Source of the DNA: Deltaproteobacteria bacterium
Lineage (GTDB): Bacteria > Myxococcota_A > Polyangia > JAAYKL01
Direction of reading: 5' to 3'
Length of the DNA stretch: 64,000 bases
NCBI GenBank assembly: GCA_028713995.1
Contig: JAQTNF010000008.1
Span: 450-64,449 of the forward strand
The first letter of the stretch is position 1. Every line of letters starts with the position of its first letter. The notes below the pieces were generated by a model. It did not search any database. It was given only the letters and a program-made list of their open reading frames with translations, and was not told the DNA's origin. This document shows positions 1-11,213 of this stretch, piece after piece. Made by a program: the position numbers and the translations under genes.

Positions 1-79
1 GTCCCCGCGGAGGATGAGGAACGACGAGATCTGTCGAATTGAGCAGCGCTCTAGCCAGAGGCCCGAGTGCCCAAACGGA

Positions 80-1765
<1,686 letters not shown>

Positions 1766-1792
1766 GATCTCGAAGCCTCCTCCCGGCTCGCG

Positions 1793-2494
1793 TCACTCGA
1801 TCGACATGAGAGAAAGCCATCTTTCCTCATCGGTTGCAACAGGCAGGCCCGCGCGCGCGAGCAGATCGAGGATCGGCGGCTCGTCGTACCTCAGATAGGG
1901 GTTCACGCGCTTCTCGTCGCCGAGGGTCGAGACCACGCGCCCGGGATCGTGCGCCGCGAGGAACGCGTCGATGTGCGGGTTTGCGGGCTCCAGCCTGCGC
2001 GCGAACGCCATGGAGTCGCGCACGTAGTCGTGGCCCGCCCACACGCGCGTGGCGTCGGGCAGGGCGCGCAGGCGCCTGACCGTGGCGTAAAAAGCGGGCA
2101 GGTCGCCCGAGAAGCAGTTGCCGATGGTGCCGTTGAACAGGGTGTCGCCCGTGACGATCGAGCCGCCCGCGCGGAAGACCACCGAGTCGAGCGTGTGCCC
2201 GGGCGCGGGGATCACCTCGATCTCCTCGTTGCCGAGCGCGATGCGACCGCCGCGCGCGAAGTCCCGGTGATCGACGTGACGCGCGCCCGTGAGCGCGAGG
2301 AGCCTGCGGTTTCCGGACGTGTGATCGCCGTGGGAGTGCGTGTTGGTGACGAGGGTCACGGTGAGACCCGCGGACGCGGCGTGGCGCGCGATGCCCTCGG
2401 GATCACCGCCGTCGACGGCCATGGCCTCGGTCCCGGCGGACAAGAGATATCCCAGGTTGTCGGCCCCGTAACGGAACTGTCGGATATCGATCAC
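1793..2494 (-). CDS. gloB: Hydroxyacylglutathione hydrolase-like (glyoxalase II) metallo-beta-lactamase-fold protein
   Basis: THSHGDH, PGHT, TGDTLF, AGHDY and EKRVNPYLR motifs; start re-picked at GTG 2494 with GGAGG RBS upstream. Confidence 0.8.
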   Translation of the reverse strand: MIDIRQFRYGADNLGYLLSAGTEAMAVDGGDPEGIARHAASAGLTVTLVTNTHSHGDHTSGNRRLLALTGARHVDHRDFARGGRIALGNEEIEVIPAPGHTLDSVVFRAGGSIVTGDTLFNGTIGNCFSGDLPAFYATVRRLRALPDATRVWAGHDYVRDSMAFARRLEPANPHIDAFLAAHDPGRVVSTLGDEKRVNPYLRYDEPPILDLLARAGLPVATDEERWLSLMSIE

Positions 2495-2636
2495 GCGTCC
2501 CTCCAACGCCGACCGACACGTTACACGGGTCGGATTCCAGCCACAATGCCGATCGGGACAGAATTCTTGCGCCAATTTCGGAGTCTATCACTATAATGTC
2601 GCCATCGTGGCCGACCCCATGCCGGCCGAGGAGGGA

Positions 2637-3341
2637 ATGTCCATGAAGCGTTTCGCCGTCATTTTCGTGGCCGTGGGCCTGCTCGCGTTGTGCGCCCTCG
2701 CCGTTGGTTGCGACTCCGAGAGCTCGAGCACCTACGACGTGCCGGTTTCCTGGAACGTGGCCGGAGCCCAGGTGTGCAAGACCTTCATCACCGGCGGGGA
2801 TCAAATCGATTTCGACAACGTCGTGATCAACGTCTATGAAAAGGAGGGCGACACCGACCCCATCCAAACACCTATCGAGGTGCCCTGCGACGACTTCACG
2901 ACCACCATTCCGAGGCTCAGCCGCGGCGACTACTTCGTGACGCTCGGCGCCATGGCGACCTACAGCAACCGCACCCTGCCGTTCTATCAGGCCAAGGGGC
3001 CCATCTCGGCGCCGGCCGAGCAGGACTCGGGCTACGAGTTCACGCTCGTGCTGGGCAAGGGCAAAATCCAGGCCTCATGGCACTTCAACAACGACGAGAT
3101 GTGCGATCCGAACGGCGTGGTCAGCGTGGATCTCTCCATCGGCGACCAGGACCCGGTGGAGTGCAACACGGGCAAGTACCTCATCGAGGACGTGGACATG
3201 GGCGTCGACTACCGGCTCACGATCGACGGGCTCGACGAGGGCGGCAACATCACCTGGACCGGCGACTACTCCGAGAACCCGTTCGAGGTCCTGCCCGGTG
3301 AGACCATCGAGGCCAAGGTCGAGTTGAGCCCGGTTTCCTGA
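2637..3341 (+). CDS. Hypothetical lipoprotein, acidic and beta-rich (two repeated Ig-like modules with Cys pairs)
   Basis: MKRF + hydrophobic stretch + LAVG-C lipobox; GAGGAGG RBS; coding-like composition. Confidence 0.7.
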   Translation: MSMKRFAVIFVAVGLLALCALAVGCDSESSSTYDVPVSWNVAGAQVCKTFITGGDQIDFDNVVINVYEKEGDTDPIQTPIEVPCDDFTTTIPRLSRGDYFVTLGAMATYSNRTLPFYQAKGPISAPAEQDSGYEFTLVLGKGKIQASWHFNNDEMCDPNGVVSVDLSIGDQDPVECNTGKYLIEDVDMGVDYRLTIDGLDEGGNITWTGDYSENPFEVLPGETIEAKVELSPVS

Positions 3342-3351
3342 CGCCCGCCCC

Positions 3352-4005
3352 ATGACCGTCACCACCTGCCGCCTCGCCGTGCTCATCTCAGGTGCGGGTT
3401 CCACCATGGTGAACCTGGCCGAGCGCATCCGTGGGGGCGAGGTGCCGGCCGAGATCGCGCTCGTGGTGTCGAGCCGAGCGAGCGCGGCAGGGGTCGAAAA
3501 GGCGCGCACCCTCGGCCTCGAGACCGCCGTGCTCTCGCGCAAGCCGTTCACGCGCGACGGCGCGTTCGACGAGGATGCGTACGCCCGGGCCCTCGCGGAT
3601 CTGCTCGCGCTCGCGCGACCCGATCTCGTGGTGCTGGCCGGTTTCATGACGAGGCTCGGGCGCGCCGTGCTCTCGCGCTTCCAGGTGATCAACGTGCACC
3701 CCGCGCTCCTGCCCCGCTTCGGCGGCAACGGCTTCTACGGCCACCGCGTGCACGAGGCGGTCCTCGCGGCCGGTGATAAAGTCACCGGCGCCACGGTTCA
3801 CTTCTCGGATCTGGCCTACGACACCGGGCCGATCATCTTGCAGGAGATCGTGCCCGTGCTCGCGGGTGACACGCCCGACACGCTCGCGACCCGGGTGCAG
3901 GCCGTGGAGCGCCGCATCTACCCAGAGGCCATCCGGCTCTTCGCCGAGGGCAGGCTCGTGCGCGATGGCGACCATGTGCGCATCCTGCCGGAGGCCGGCG
4001 CATGA
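3352..4005 (+). CDS. purN: Phosphoribosylglycinamide formyltransferase
   Basis: AVLISGAGST, LVVLAGFM, NVHPALLPRFGG, TGATVHF..YDTGPII. Confidence 0.93.
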   Translation: MTVTTCRLAVLISGAGSTMVNLAERIRGGEVPAEIALVVSSRASAAGVEKARTLGLETAVLSRKPFTRDGAFDEDAYARALADLLALARPDLVVLAGFMTRLGRAVLSRFQVINVHPALLPRFGGNGFYGHRVHEAVLAAGDKVTGATVHFSDLAYDTGPIILQEIVPVLAGDTPDTLATRVQAVERRIYPEAIRLFAEGRLVRDGDHVRILPEAGA

Positions 4006-4481
4006 CGAGGATCGCCGCGCTCGCCGCCATCCCGCTCGCCGCGATGGTTCTCTTCTCCGCTTGCAGCCGCAAGGCCTTAGCCCCTTCGCCCGCGGACACG
4101 GCCCGCGAGTTGCTCGCGCTGCATGGGCTCGTGGGCAGGCAGCCCGAGGACAGGAGCGAAGCCGACAGGAAGAGGCCCGTGGACCGCAAGGCCCTCACGG
4201 CGCTCTTTTCCGACTACGCCACCACGGATCCGTTCCTGGCCGATCTCTACGTGGGCTTTCTGGTCGGTGCGCTCGCGCGCAACCAGGGCGACCTGCGCGT
4301 GACGGTGCAGGGCAAGCGGGCCGTGGTCCAGGCCGGGAAGCTGGGCGTGGCGCTCGAGCTGCGCGAGCGGACTTGGCTCATCTCGCTCGCGGCCTCTGTT
4401 CCGGACGGGATCAAGCGCCGCGCGCTCGAAGAGAAGGTTCGCTACGAGAACGCCAGGGCCGCGGGGCAAGCCGTCCGGTAG
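4002..4481 (+). CDS. Hypothetical lipoprotein
   Basis: Signal with FSA-C lipobox; ATGA overlap with the purN stop. Confidence 0.65.
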   Translation: MTRIAALAAIPLAAMVLFSACSRKALAPSPADTARELLALHGLVGRQPEDRSEADRKRPVDRKALTALFSDYATTDPFLADLYVGFLVGALARNQGDLRVTVQGKRAVVQAGKLGVALELRERTWLISLAASVPDGIKRRALEEKVRYENARAAGQAVR

Positions 4482-4590
4482 GCGACACCGGCGAGGGCGC
4501 GTCGACGCAGTCGTGCTCTTTGATCCGGGCCGCGCATTCGGATAAGTTCGGGCGTGCCGGCGGCACGGGCCGGCGCCCATTGAAGAGGCG

Positions 4591-7131
4591 ATGCAGAAGA
4601 AAAGCCAACCCCGTTTATTGCTTCCCCTGTGGCTGCTCGTGCTCGAGCGCATCGTGCTCGCCTACGTCAAGGTGGACGAGGCATGGGTGGAGGCGGTGCG
4701 GGGCGCGGCTGCGCGCGGGCCCCTGGTCTACGTCCTGCGCAACCGCAGCCTGATCGACCTCCTGTGCCTGAAGGCACTCGCGCGTCGCCACGACCTTCCG
4801 CCCATCGGGTTCGTGTGCGGCATCTCGCGGTTCTTCCTCATGCCGTTCGTCCTGTGGCTCGTGCACCTCGCCCGCGGCAAGGGCAAGGCGCGCTCGCTCG
4901 CGGAGCTCTCGGCCGCGCTCGACGCGGGCGGCTCGGCCGTGGTGTTCCTGCGCAGGCCCGCGGCGCTGGGCGCCCTCGACTCGCGCCCTGTGGCAGAGGA
5001 CGGCGTCCGTCTCATGGCCGAGGCGCAAGGGAGGCTCGGGCGAAAGGTGCTGGCCCTGCCCACCGTGTTCCTGTGGGGCGAGCACGCCAACCGCCGCATG
5101 CCGTCCACCATGGACTTCATCTTCGGCTCCAACGACTATCCGCGCCTCCTGCGCTCGGTGTGGCTCATGTTCAAGGGCCGATCGGTGCACGGCGCGTGGG
5201 TCGGGGAGCCGATCGACCTCCTCGCCGTCCGTGCCGAACGGCGCATCGGGGACGCGGAGCTGGCCGGGGTCGTGCGCGCGGGCGTGGGGAGGCAGATCGA
5301 GAAGGTGCGCAGGGCCAAGCTCGGCTCGCTCACCAAGCCGTCGGCCAGGCTCCAGGACGAGGTGCTGCGCAGCCCGCGCCTTCGGGCCGAGCTCGCGACC
5401 ATCGCGGCCGAGGGCGGCATCCCCAAGGAGGACATCGAGCCGCGGGCGCGCGCCATCATCAAGAAGATGGCCGCCAACTACCGGCCGCGGGTCCTTTCCT
5501 TGTTCGCGCTTGTCATGGCCTTTGTCTGGAAGCGCATCTATACGGGCATCGACGTGCGGCGCGAGGACGTAGAGCACCTGCGGGACGCCGTGGCCAACGG
5601 GGCGCTCCTCGTCCTGCCGAGCCACAAGAGCCACATCGACTACCTCGTCATCTCGCAGGTCATGCAGGACGCCAACATCATGCTGCCCCACATCGCGGCC
5701 GGGCAAAACCTGTCGTTCTGGCCGCTCGGATGGATCTTTCGATCATCCGGGGCGTTTTTCATCCGCCGCAAGTTCGTCAACGACCGCTTCTACGGCGCCG
5801 TGGTCAACGCCTACGTGCGCCGCCTCATCCAGGAGGGCTACGCCATCGAGATCTTCGTGGAGGGCGGGCGCTCGCGCACGGGCAAGCTCCTGCGCCCGCG
5901 CCTCGGCCTGCTCGAGATGGCCCTGCGGGCCGTGTCGGCCACGCCCGGCGCCGATCTGCGCATGCTGCCCGTGTTCATCGGCTACGAGAAGGTCATCGAG
6001 GAGCGAGCTTACGCCCGCGAGTCGCAAGGCGCGGCCAAGGAGGTCGAGAGCATCAAGGGCCTCATCAAGACCACCAGGGTGCTCTTCTCGCGCTACGGGC
6101 GGCTGCACGTGCGCATCGGCCGGCCGTTCTCGGTGGACGAGGTCCTCGCCGAGATGAAGCTCGGACGCGGCGATCTTGCGCGCACCGCGGGCCGCCACGC
6201 CGTCGCGAACCACATCGCCACGCGCAACCTCATCGAGGTGAACCGCCTGAGCGTGGTCACGCCGAGCGCGGTCCTGGCCACGGTCCTGCTCTCGACCCGC
6301 GCGCGGCGTTTCGCCCACGGGGACGTGCGCAGGCTCGCCGCTTCGTTCGCGCAGCTGCTCGTGGCCAATGGGGCGGACGTGAGCCCGTTCGTGCGCACCT
6401 GGAGCGCGGAAAACGGCGACGGTCCCGACCACCTGGACCGCACCATCGTGGCGTTCGTGAAGGCCGGCCGTCTCAGGGCCGTGGGAACCGCGGCCGCACA
6501 GGAGTACGAGGTGCGCGAGGGCGAGCGCCTGCTGCTCGACTACTACAAGAACAACACCATCCACTTCCTCGTGCCGCACGCGATCGCCTGCGCCGCGTGC
6601 CTCGCGGCCGGCTCCGAAGGCGCTGCCGACGTCACCTCCGATCTCGAGCTCGCGTGCCGGCTGTATGGCATGGAGTTCTTCCTGCCCGAGCCGGGCGGAG
6701 ACGACGCGGCGTTCCTCGCGGAGGTCTCGCAGCTCGCCGCAAAGACCGTGCGCGAGCTCGTCGAGGCCGGGATCCTGACCGATGAGGGAAGCCGGCTGCG
6801 GGTCGCGGACGCGGATCGGGCGGCGCTGGTTGCGGGCGTGCTTCGCAACTTCCACGAGATCTACTACGCGGCGCTTCTCGCGGTTCGCGAGCGGGCCGCG
6901 AGCGGGGGGGGCGCGGATCCGATGCGGCGCGCAAGGAGCCTGGCCGACGGCTTCCTGGCCGAGGGACGGTTCGTGAGGCCCGAGGGCAACACGCGTCAGA
7001 ACCTGCAGAACGCCTTCGACTCGTTCAAGGAGATGCGCTTTCTGCGCCCGGCCGCCGGGGAGACGCCGTTCGCCGCGGACGGGCAGGGCGCACGCCTCGT
7101 CGACTATCTGGAGCGGATCCTCACGGTGTGA
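4591..7131 (+). CDS. plsB: Glycerol-3-phosphate acyltransferase (PlsB/GPAT family)
   Basis: LPSHKSHIDY (HX4D), GAFFIRR, FVEGGRSRTG, PVFIGYE motifs; 846 aa. Confidence 0.88.
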   Translation: MQKKSQPRLLLPLWLLVLERIVLAYVKVDEAWVEAVRGAAARGPLVYVLRNRSLIDLLCLKALARRHDLPPIGFVCGISRFFLMPFVLWLVHLARGKGKARSLAELSAALDAGGSAVVFLRRPAALGALDSRPVAEDGVRLMAEAQGRLGRKVLALPTVFLWGEHANRRMPSTMDFIFGSNDYPRLLRSVWLMFKGRSVHGAWVGEPIDLLAVRAERRIGDAELAGVVRAGVGRQIEKVRRAKLGSLTKPSARLQDEVLRSPRLRAELATIAAEGGIPKEDIEPRARAIIKKMAANYRPRVLSLFALVMAFVWKRIYTGIDVRREDVEHLRDAVANGALLVLPSHKSHIDYLVISQVMQDANIMLPHIAAGQNLSFWPLGWIFRSSGAFFIRRKFVNDRFYGAVVNAYVRRLIQEGYAIEIFVEGGRSRTGKLLRPRLGLLEMALRAVSATPGADLRMLPVFIGYEKVIEERAYARESQGAAKEVESIKGLIKTTRVLFSRYGRLHVRIGRPFSVDEVLAEMKLGRGDLARTAGRHAVANHIATRNLIEVNRLSVVTPSAVLATVLLSTRARRFAHGDVRRLAASFAQLLVANGADVSPFVRTWSAENGDGPDHLDRTIVAFVKAGRLRAVGTAAAQEYEVREGERLLLDYYKNNTIHFLVPHAIACAACLAAGSEGAADVTSDLELACRLYGMEFFLPEPGGDDAAFLAEVSQLAAKTVRELVEAGILTDEGSRLRVADADRAALVAGVLRNFHEIYYAALLAVRERAASGGGADPMRRARSLADGFLAEGRFVRPEGNTRQNLQNAFDSFKEMRFLRPAAGETPFAADGQGARLVDYLERILTV

Positions 7132-7160
7132 CGTCCGCGCACGGCGCGTCGTGATGACCG

Positions 7161-7994
7161 CTAACCCAAGGCCGCGAACTCGACGTTGTGGGCGCGGTTC
7201 ACGGCCAGGGAGGAATCCGCCGGGAGGCGCTGGAAACCGGGAGGCGGCGCGGGCGTGTTTGCCGAGAACAGGAGCACGGCGCGCAGGTCCTCATGGTCGA
7301 CCGGGTCCGTGATGCGGCCGGGCGCCTGGGACGGGCGGCACAGCTCGCAGTCCCGCACCCCCTCGATGAGCACGTAGTCCACGGGGATGCCGCGGCTCGC
7401 GGCCACGAGAGTATAGCCGTCGGATACGACCGCGGACGACGCGGACGGCGGGAACCCGGCCTCCTTGGCGAACTCGTCCGCCGTGCGCAGGGCGCGGTGC
7501 ATGGCCTCGCGGATGGGCGCGGGCCCCAGGTCCGGGCGGCCGAGCTGGCCGGCGTCGAAGAGGAACGACAGGAACAGGTGGAAGAGGTGCTCGGAGTCGG
7601 TATCGCCGCGGATGTTCCGCTCGATGAAGGGCGGGATGGAGTTCCGGATGCGATCCTTGAACGACGAGAACCCGCTCAAGGTGCCCACGTGCGCGAAGAG
7701 CCACTCCTTGAAGCGGAAGGGATGCGTGTTCTCGCGCCGGGGCGGCCCCACGGTCGCCTCACGGGCGTGCATCACCACCAGGTCCGCGGCGAGCCCGTCG
7801 ATGATGTCGTCGGTGGGGATCGGCCCGTTCTCGTCCCGCGGCTCGATGCGCAGGAGCAGCTCGCCGGAATGGTAGTGGCCGAGACCCCATCCGCCGCCGC
7901 CGCCGAGCGGCACGGAAAGATGCCGGGAGTACGGCCGCACGGCGCAGGGCACCCGGGAATTGTTGTTCGTGGAAAGGGCCCAGAGATAAGACAT
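7161..7994 (-). CDS. Class II glutamine amidotransferase (EgtC/YafJ-like Ntn fold) with atypical catalytic residues
   Basis: GWG, HAREAT, ENTHPF, FAHVG, GDTDSE motifs; N-terminus MSYLW where the family has MCRLF. Confidence 0.8.
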   Translation of the reverse strand: MSYLWALSTNNNSRVPCAVRPYSRHLSVPLGGGGGWGLGHYHSGELLLRIEPRDENGPIPTDDIIDGLAADLVVMHAREATVGPPRRENTHPFRFKEWLFAHVGTLSGFSSFKDRIRNSIPPFIERNIRGDTDSEHLFHLFLSFLFDAGQLGRPDLGPAPIREAMHRALRTADEFAKEAGFPPSASSAVVSDGYTLVAASRGIPVDYVLIEGVRDCELCRPSQAPGRITDPVDHEDLRAVLLFSANTPAPPPGFQRLPADSSLAVNRAHNVEFAALG

Positions 7995-8110
7995 GCCATT
8001 TCATACCCTCAAGGTCGGGGGCGACGCAAGGTCGCGATGTTCCTCGCGATGTTCCTCGTGGAGCACGCAGCGATTTGCGGTCGGTCGCGGGCGTGTGGCA
8101 TAAACAATCC

Positions 8111-9010
8111 ATGTCCGAGAGCAACGCCAAGCCCGTGAACGCGGCCGGGACGCCGCTCGTCATCATCACCGGGCTTTCGGGCGCAGGGAAGTCCACGGCC
8201 ATGCGCTGCCTCGAGGATCTCGGCCGCTACTGCGTGGACAACCTGCCGCCCGCGCTCGTGCCCACGTTCTACAGCCTGTATCGCCAGAGCTACCCGGCCG
8301 GGCCGGGCGTGGCCATCGCGAGCGACGTGCGCTCGGGCAGCCTGTTCGACGACTTCACCACCATGGTCGACGCCCTGCGCGGGTTCGGCGTGGCCTTCGA
8401 GATCCTGTACCTCGACTGCGATACGGACGCGCTCATCAACCGCTTCATGGAGGTGCGGCGCTCGCACCCGCTCCAGGAGGGGCGCTCGATCGAGGAGGCC
8501 ATCGAGGAGGAGCGCCGACGCCTCGAGCCCAACCGCGCCGTCGCCACGCGCATCATCGACACCGGCAGCCTGACCGCCGGAACCCTGCGCGAGGCCCTCG
8601 TGCGCATCCTCGTGGGCGAAACGACGAGCGCCGTGCGCCTCGAGTTCACGAGCTTCGGCTTCAAGTACGGCATCCCGCTCGACGCGGACTTCGTCTTCGA
8701 TGTGCGCTTCCTGCCGAACCCGTTCTACGTGCCGGGCCTCGAGCGCCTGAGCGGCGAGGACGACGAGGTCTACAGGTTCGTCATGGACGGCCCCCTGGCC
8801 GAGGCCTACTTCGGCCACATCGTGGACATGCTGCGCCTCGCGCTCCCGGAGTTCGTCAAGGTCGGCAAGTTCGCGGCGAACGTGGCCGTGGGGTGCACGG
8901 GCGGCAGGCACAGGAGCGTGGCCTTCGCGCGCCGCCTGGCCGAGACCTTCCGCACGGCGGGCCAGAGCGTGGTCGCCGTGCACCGGGACCTGCGCCGGCC
9001 CGAGGGGTGA
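8111..9010 (+). CDS. rapZ: RNase adapter RapZ / YvcJ family P-loop nucleotide-binding protein
   Basis: GLSGAGKST Walker A, YCVDNLP, DVRSG, SFGFKYG..DFVFDVRFLPNPFY, GCTGGRHRSV. Confidence 0.92.
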   Translation: MSESNAKPVNAAGTPLVIITGLSGAGKSTAMRCLEDLGRYCVDNLPPALVPTFYSLYRQSYPAGPGVAIASDVRSGSLFDDFTTMVDALRGFGVAFEILYLDCDTDALINRFMEVRRSHPLQEGRSIEEAIEEERRRLEPNRAVATRIIDTGSLTAGTLREALVRILVGETTSAVRLEFTSFGFKYGIPLDADFVFDVRFLPNPFYVPGLERLSGEDDEVYRFVMDGPLAEAYFGHIVDMLRLALPEFVKVGKFAANVAVGCTGGRHRSVAFARRLAETFRTAGQSVVAVHRDLRRPEG

Positions 9011-9033
9011 GGGCGCGCCGCCCTCCGGTTCCG

Positions 9034-9963
9034 TTATTCGTTGTAGAGCGCGAGGACCTCGGTGTCCGAGAGGGCGCGGTCGTAGATGCGCACGTCGTCG
9101 ATGGCGCCGTTGAAGAAGCCCTCCTTGGGCGGGTAACCGGTCCAGGGCAGGCCCGCGCCGATGAGGAAGCTCGCGGTGGCGGAGTGCAGGGTCTTCGTGG
9201 CCGCGGCCGAGTTGTTGAGCGTTCCGTCCACGTACACCCTGGCCGTGGTCCCGTCGAAGGTCCCGACCAGATGGTACCAGGTGCCCATCGTCCACGTGAC
9301 GCCGGTCGTGGAGATGCCGTTCCAGTCCCACAGATCCCAGAAGATCTGATCCGCGACCGCGGTGTTGTCCGCGGTGGCGGCGTACCAGAACCGGAAGCTG
9401 CCCACGCTGTCCACGAAGTACGAGCGCGCCTGGGTGATGGCCGCCGGATCCACGCCGAACTTGATCCACGCCGACACCGTGAGCGCGTTGCTCGAGACGT
9501 CGATGGGCGCCTCGCAGTCGATCACGTCGGTCGTGCCGTTGAACAGGTACGCGCTGTTCGGGGCGCCGTCGTGGCCTTCGGTCGGCACCGCGCCCGTGAC
9601 CGTGCCATCGTAGTCGCCGTTCGCCACGTCGTTCGCGTCGCCGTCGAGCGGCCAGTGGGCGATGAGGCCGCCGGTCCCGCCGTCGCCCGCGTCGCCTCCG
9701 GCGTCCACGCTCGCATCGTTGCCCGCGTCGATGTCGGTGTCGCCGTCCATGTCGGTGTCCGTGTCACCGTCCGTGTCGCTGTCGGTGTCACTGTCGGCAT
9801 CGGTGTCGGCGTCCGTGTCGCCTCCCGCGTCTTCGCTCGCGTCCTGCGCGGCGTCGGCGGCCGCGTCCTCACCGGCGTCCCCACCCGCGGCGTTGTCTTC
9901 CACTTTGCACGACACGCAGATAACAATCCCGCACAGCACGATCCACACAAACGAGAACCTCAT
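9034..9963 (-). CDS. LamG-like jellyroll domain lipoprotein with Asp/Thr-rich linker
   Basis: VS-C lipobox, DTDADTD stalk, LIAHWPLDG..AND, WYHLVGTFDG..VYVDG, FNGAIDDVRIYDRALS. Confidence 0.85.
   Translation of the reverse strand: MRFSFVWIVLCGIVICVSCKVEDNAAGGDAGEDAAADAAQDASEDAGGDTDADTDADSDTDSDTDGDTDTDMDGDTDIDAGNDASVDAGGDAGDGGTGGLIAHWPLDGDANDVANGDYDGTVTGAVPTEGHDGAPNSAYLFNGTTDVIDCEAPIDVSSNALTVSAWIKFGVDPAAITQARSYFVDSVGSFRFWYAATADNTAVADQIFWDLWDWNGISTTGVTWTMGTWYHLVGTFDGTTARVYVDGTLNNSAAATKTLHSATASFLIGAGLPWTGYPPKEGFFNGAIDDVRIYDRALSDTEVLALYNE
9727..9820 (-). repeat. Degenerate 6-nt coding repeat encoding DTDADTDADSDTDSDTDGDTDTDMDGDTDID
   Basis: gtgtcg/gtcggt units visible on the + strand, inside the LamG gene. 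Confidence 0.8.
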
Positions 9964-10070
9964 GTTCGCTCCTCCCTTCTTTGGGCCGCATGGGCCGAAT
10001 CGAGAATGACAAATATTACCGATCGTGCGGGTCGTTGTCGACAGGAACAGGTCGCCGAACACGACGTGGG

Positions 10071-11213
10071 TCACGGAGCGGCCTCGGTCGCGGGGAGCGG
10101 ATCCCGCAGCCCCACGAACACGACGTCCTTGCGCATCAACTTCTTGAACGGGTAGAGCACCTCGATCTTCTTCAGCTCATCCGGCGTACAGAAGAGGCAC
10201 GAAAGGCCGATCTGCGGCAAGGGCGGCAAGATCGTGAGCGTGGCTTCCAGACGGTACCACAGCGCGCTGCCGTATCCCGCGACCCAGGCCGGGAAGAGCG
10301 AGGCGACCGCCCGCGTGTCGGCGAGCGCACCCTGATCGAACAACGGCTGGGACGAGGGATGCGCGATGGAAACGGCCCAATCGCCTTCGCGGAGCGGCTC
10401 GAGCTCGAGCGTGACCGCGACGATTCCCTGTCGCGCCTTGCCTTCCTTCTCCTGCTTCGAGGGAGCGGCGGGCGCGGGGTTGGCGTACCGCTCGGCCTCG
10501 TCCTGCCAGCGCTCGGCGCCTTCGAGAAACGAGCGGGCAAGCCAAGCCGCCGAGATCTCGGAGATGGACTCGTCCTTGATGTGGCTCCAGCTCGGGGTCC
10601 ACGAGGTCTCGATGAGATTGCGGATCCTTGTGTAATCCAGCTCTCGAGGCAGGTCGAACAGCCGCGGCCGGCGTTCCGGATCGAACGGCCCGCGCCGCTG
10701 GAAGCGCGGTTCGCGCAGCCGCCGCATGCGGGGATCGTCCTCGACCGCCTGCTGCAGAACTCCCCAACTCGGATCGAACCGCAAGGGTCCGTCTTGCGGG
10801 AATCCGGTCGCCTCGTGTCCAGGGGTCGTCGACGCGCCCGGCTGACCGAGCTCACCCGGAAACGGAGGGACGCCCTCCGGTTTGAAGCCCGGACGATCCG
10901 CTCGGTGCGCAGGCTTCCTGGCCTGCTGCGGCAGTGAGGGTGGCGTTGCGGGCGTCAAGGAGCCGACCCCGGCTGTCTGGGGAACCCCGGACGCAACCTG
11001 TCGGGCGGGAGCGATATCAATGCGCAACTCGACGGGGGAAGGAACCGAACCGTCCGGAGGGAGGTCCGATCGCACCGTTACAAGCACGAGGAGCAAATGG
11101 AGCCCCAAGGCAAGCACGGCGGATAACATCCACCTCGACCGGATCCACCCCGGACGCCGCGGGGACGGGGAGCGCGGTGCGGAGAAAAGAGGTGTTTTGC
11201 TGCTGCCTCGCAC
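10071..11213 (-). CDS. Hypothetical membrane-anchored protein with Pro-rich linker and TonB C-terminal-like domain
   Basis: TM helix LSAVLALGLHLLLVLVTV, Pro-rich region, C-terminal VAVTLEL..AVSIAHPSSQPLFDQGAL resembling TonB_C; start uncertain. Confidence 0.5.
   Translation of the reverse strand: MRGSSKTPLFSAPRSPSPRRPGWIRSRWMLSAVLALGLHLLLVLVTVRSDLPPDGSVPSPVELRIDIAPARQVASGVPQTAGVGSLTPATPPSLPQQARKPAHRADRPGFKPEGVPPFPGELGQPGASTTPGHEATGFPQDGPLRFDPSWGVLQQAVEDDPRMRRLREPRFQRRGPFDPERRPRLFDLPRELDYTRIRNLIETSWTPSWSHIKDESISEISAAWLARSFLEGAERWQDEAERYANPAPAAPSKQEKEGKARQGIVAVTLELEPLREGDWAVSIAHPSSQPLFDQGALADTRAVASLFPAWVAGYGSALWYRLEATLTILPPLPQIGLSCLFCTPDELKKIEVLYPFKKLMRKDVVFVGLRDPLPATEAAP

Noticed and set aside
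8096-8112. Possible sigma54 promoter (TGGCAT) before rapZ
   Set aside because: No TTGC -12 element at the required distance
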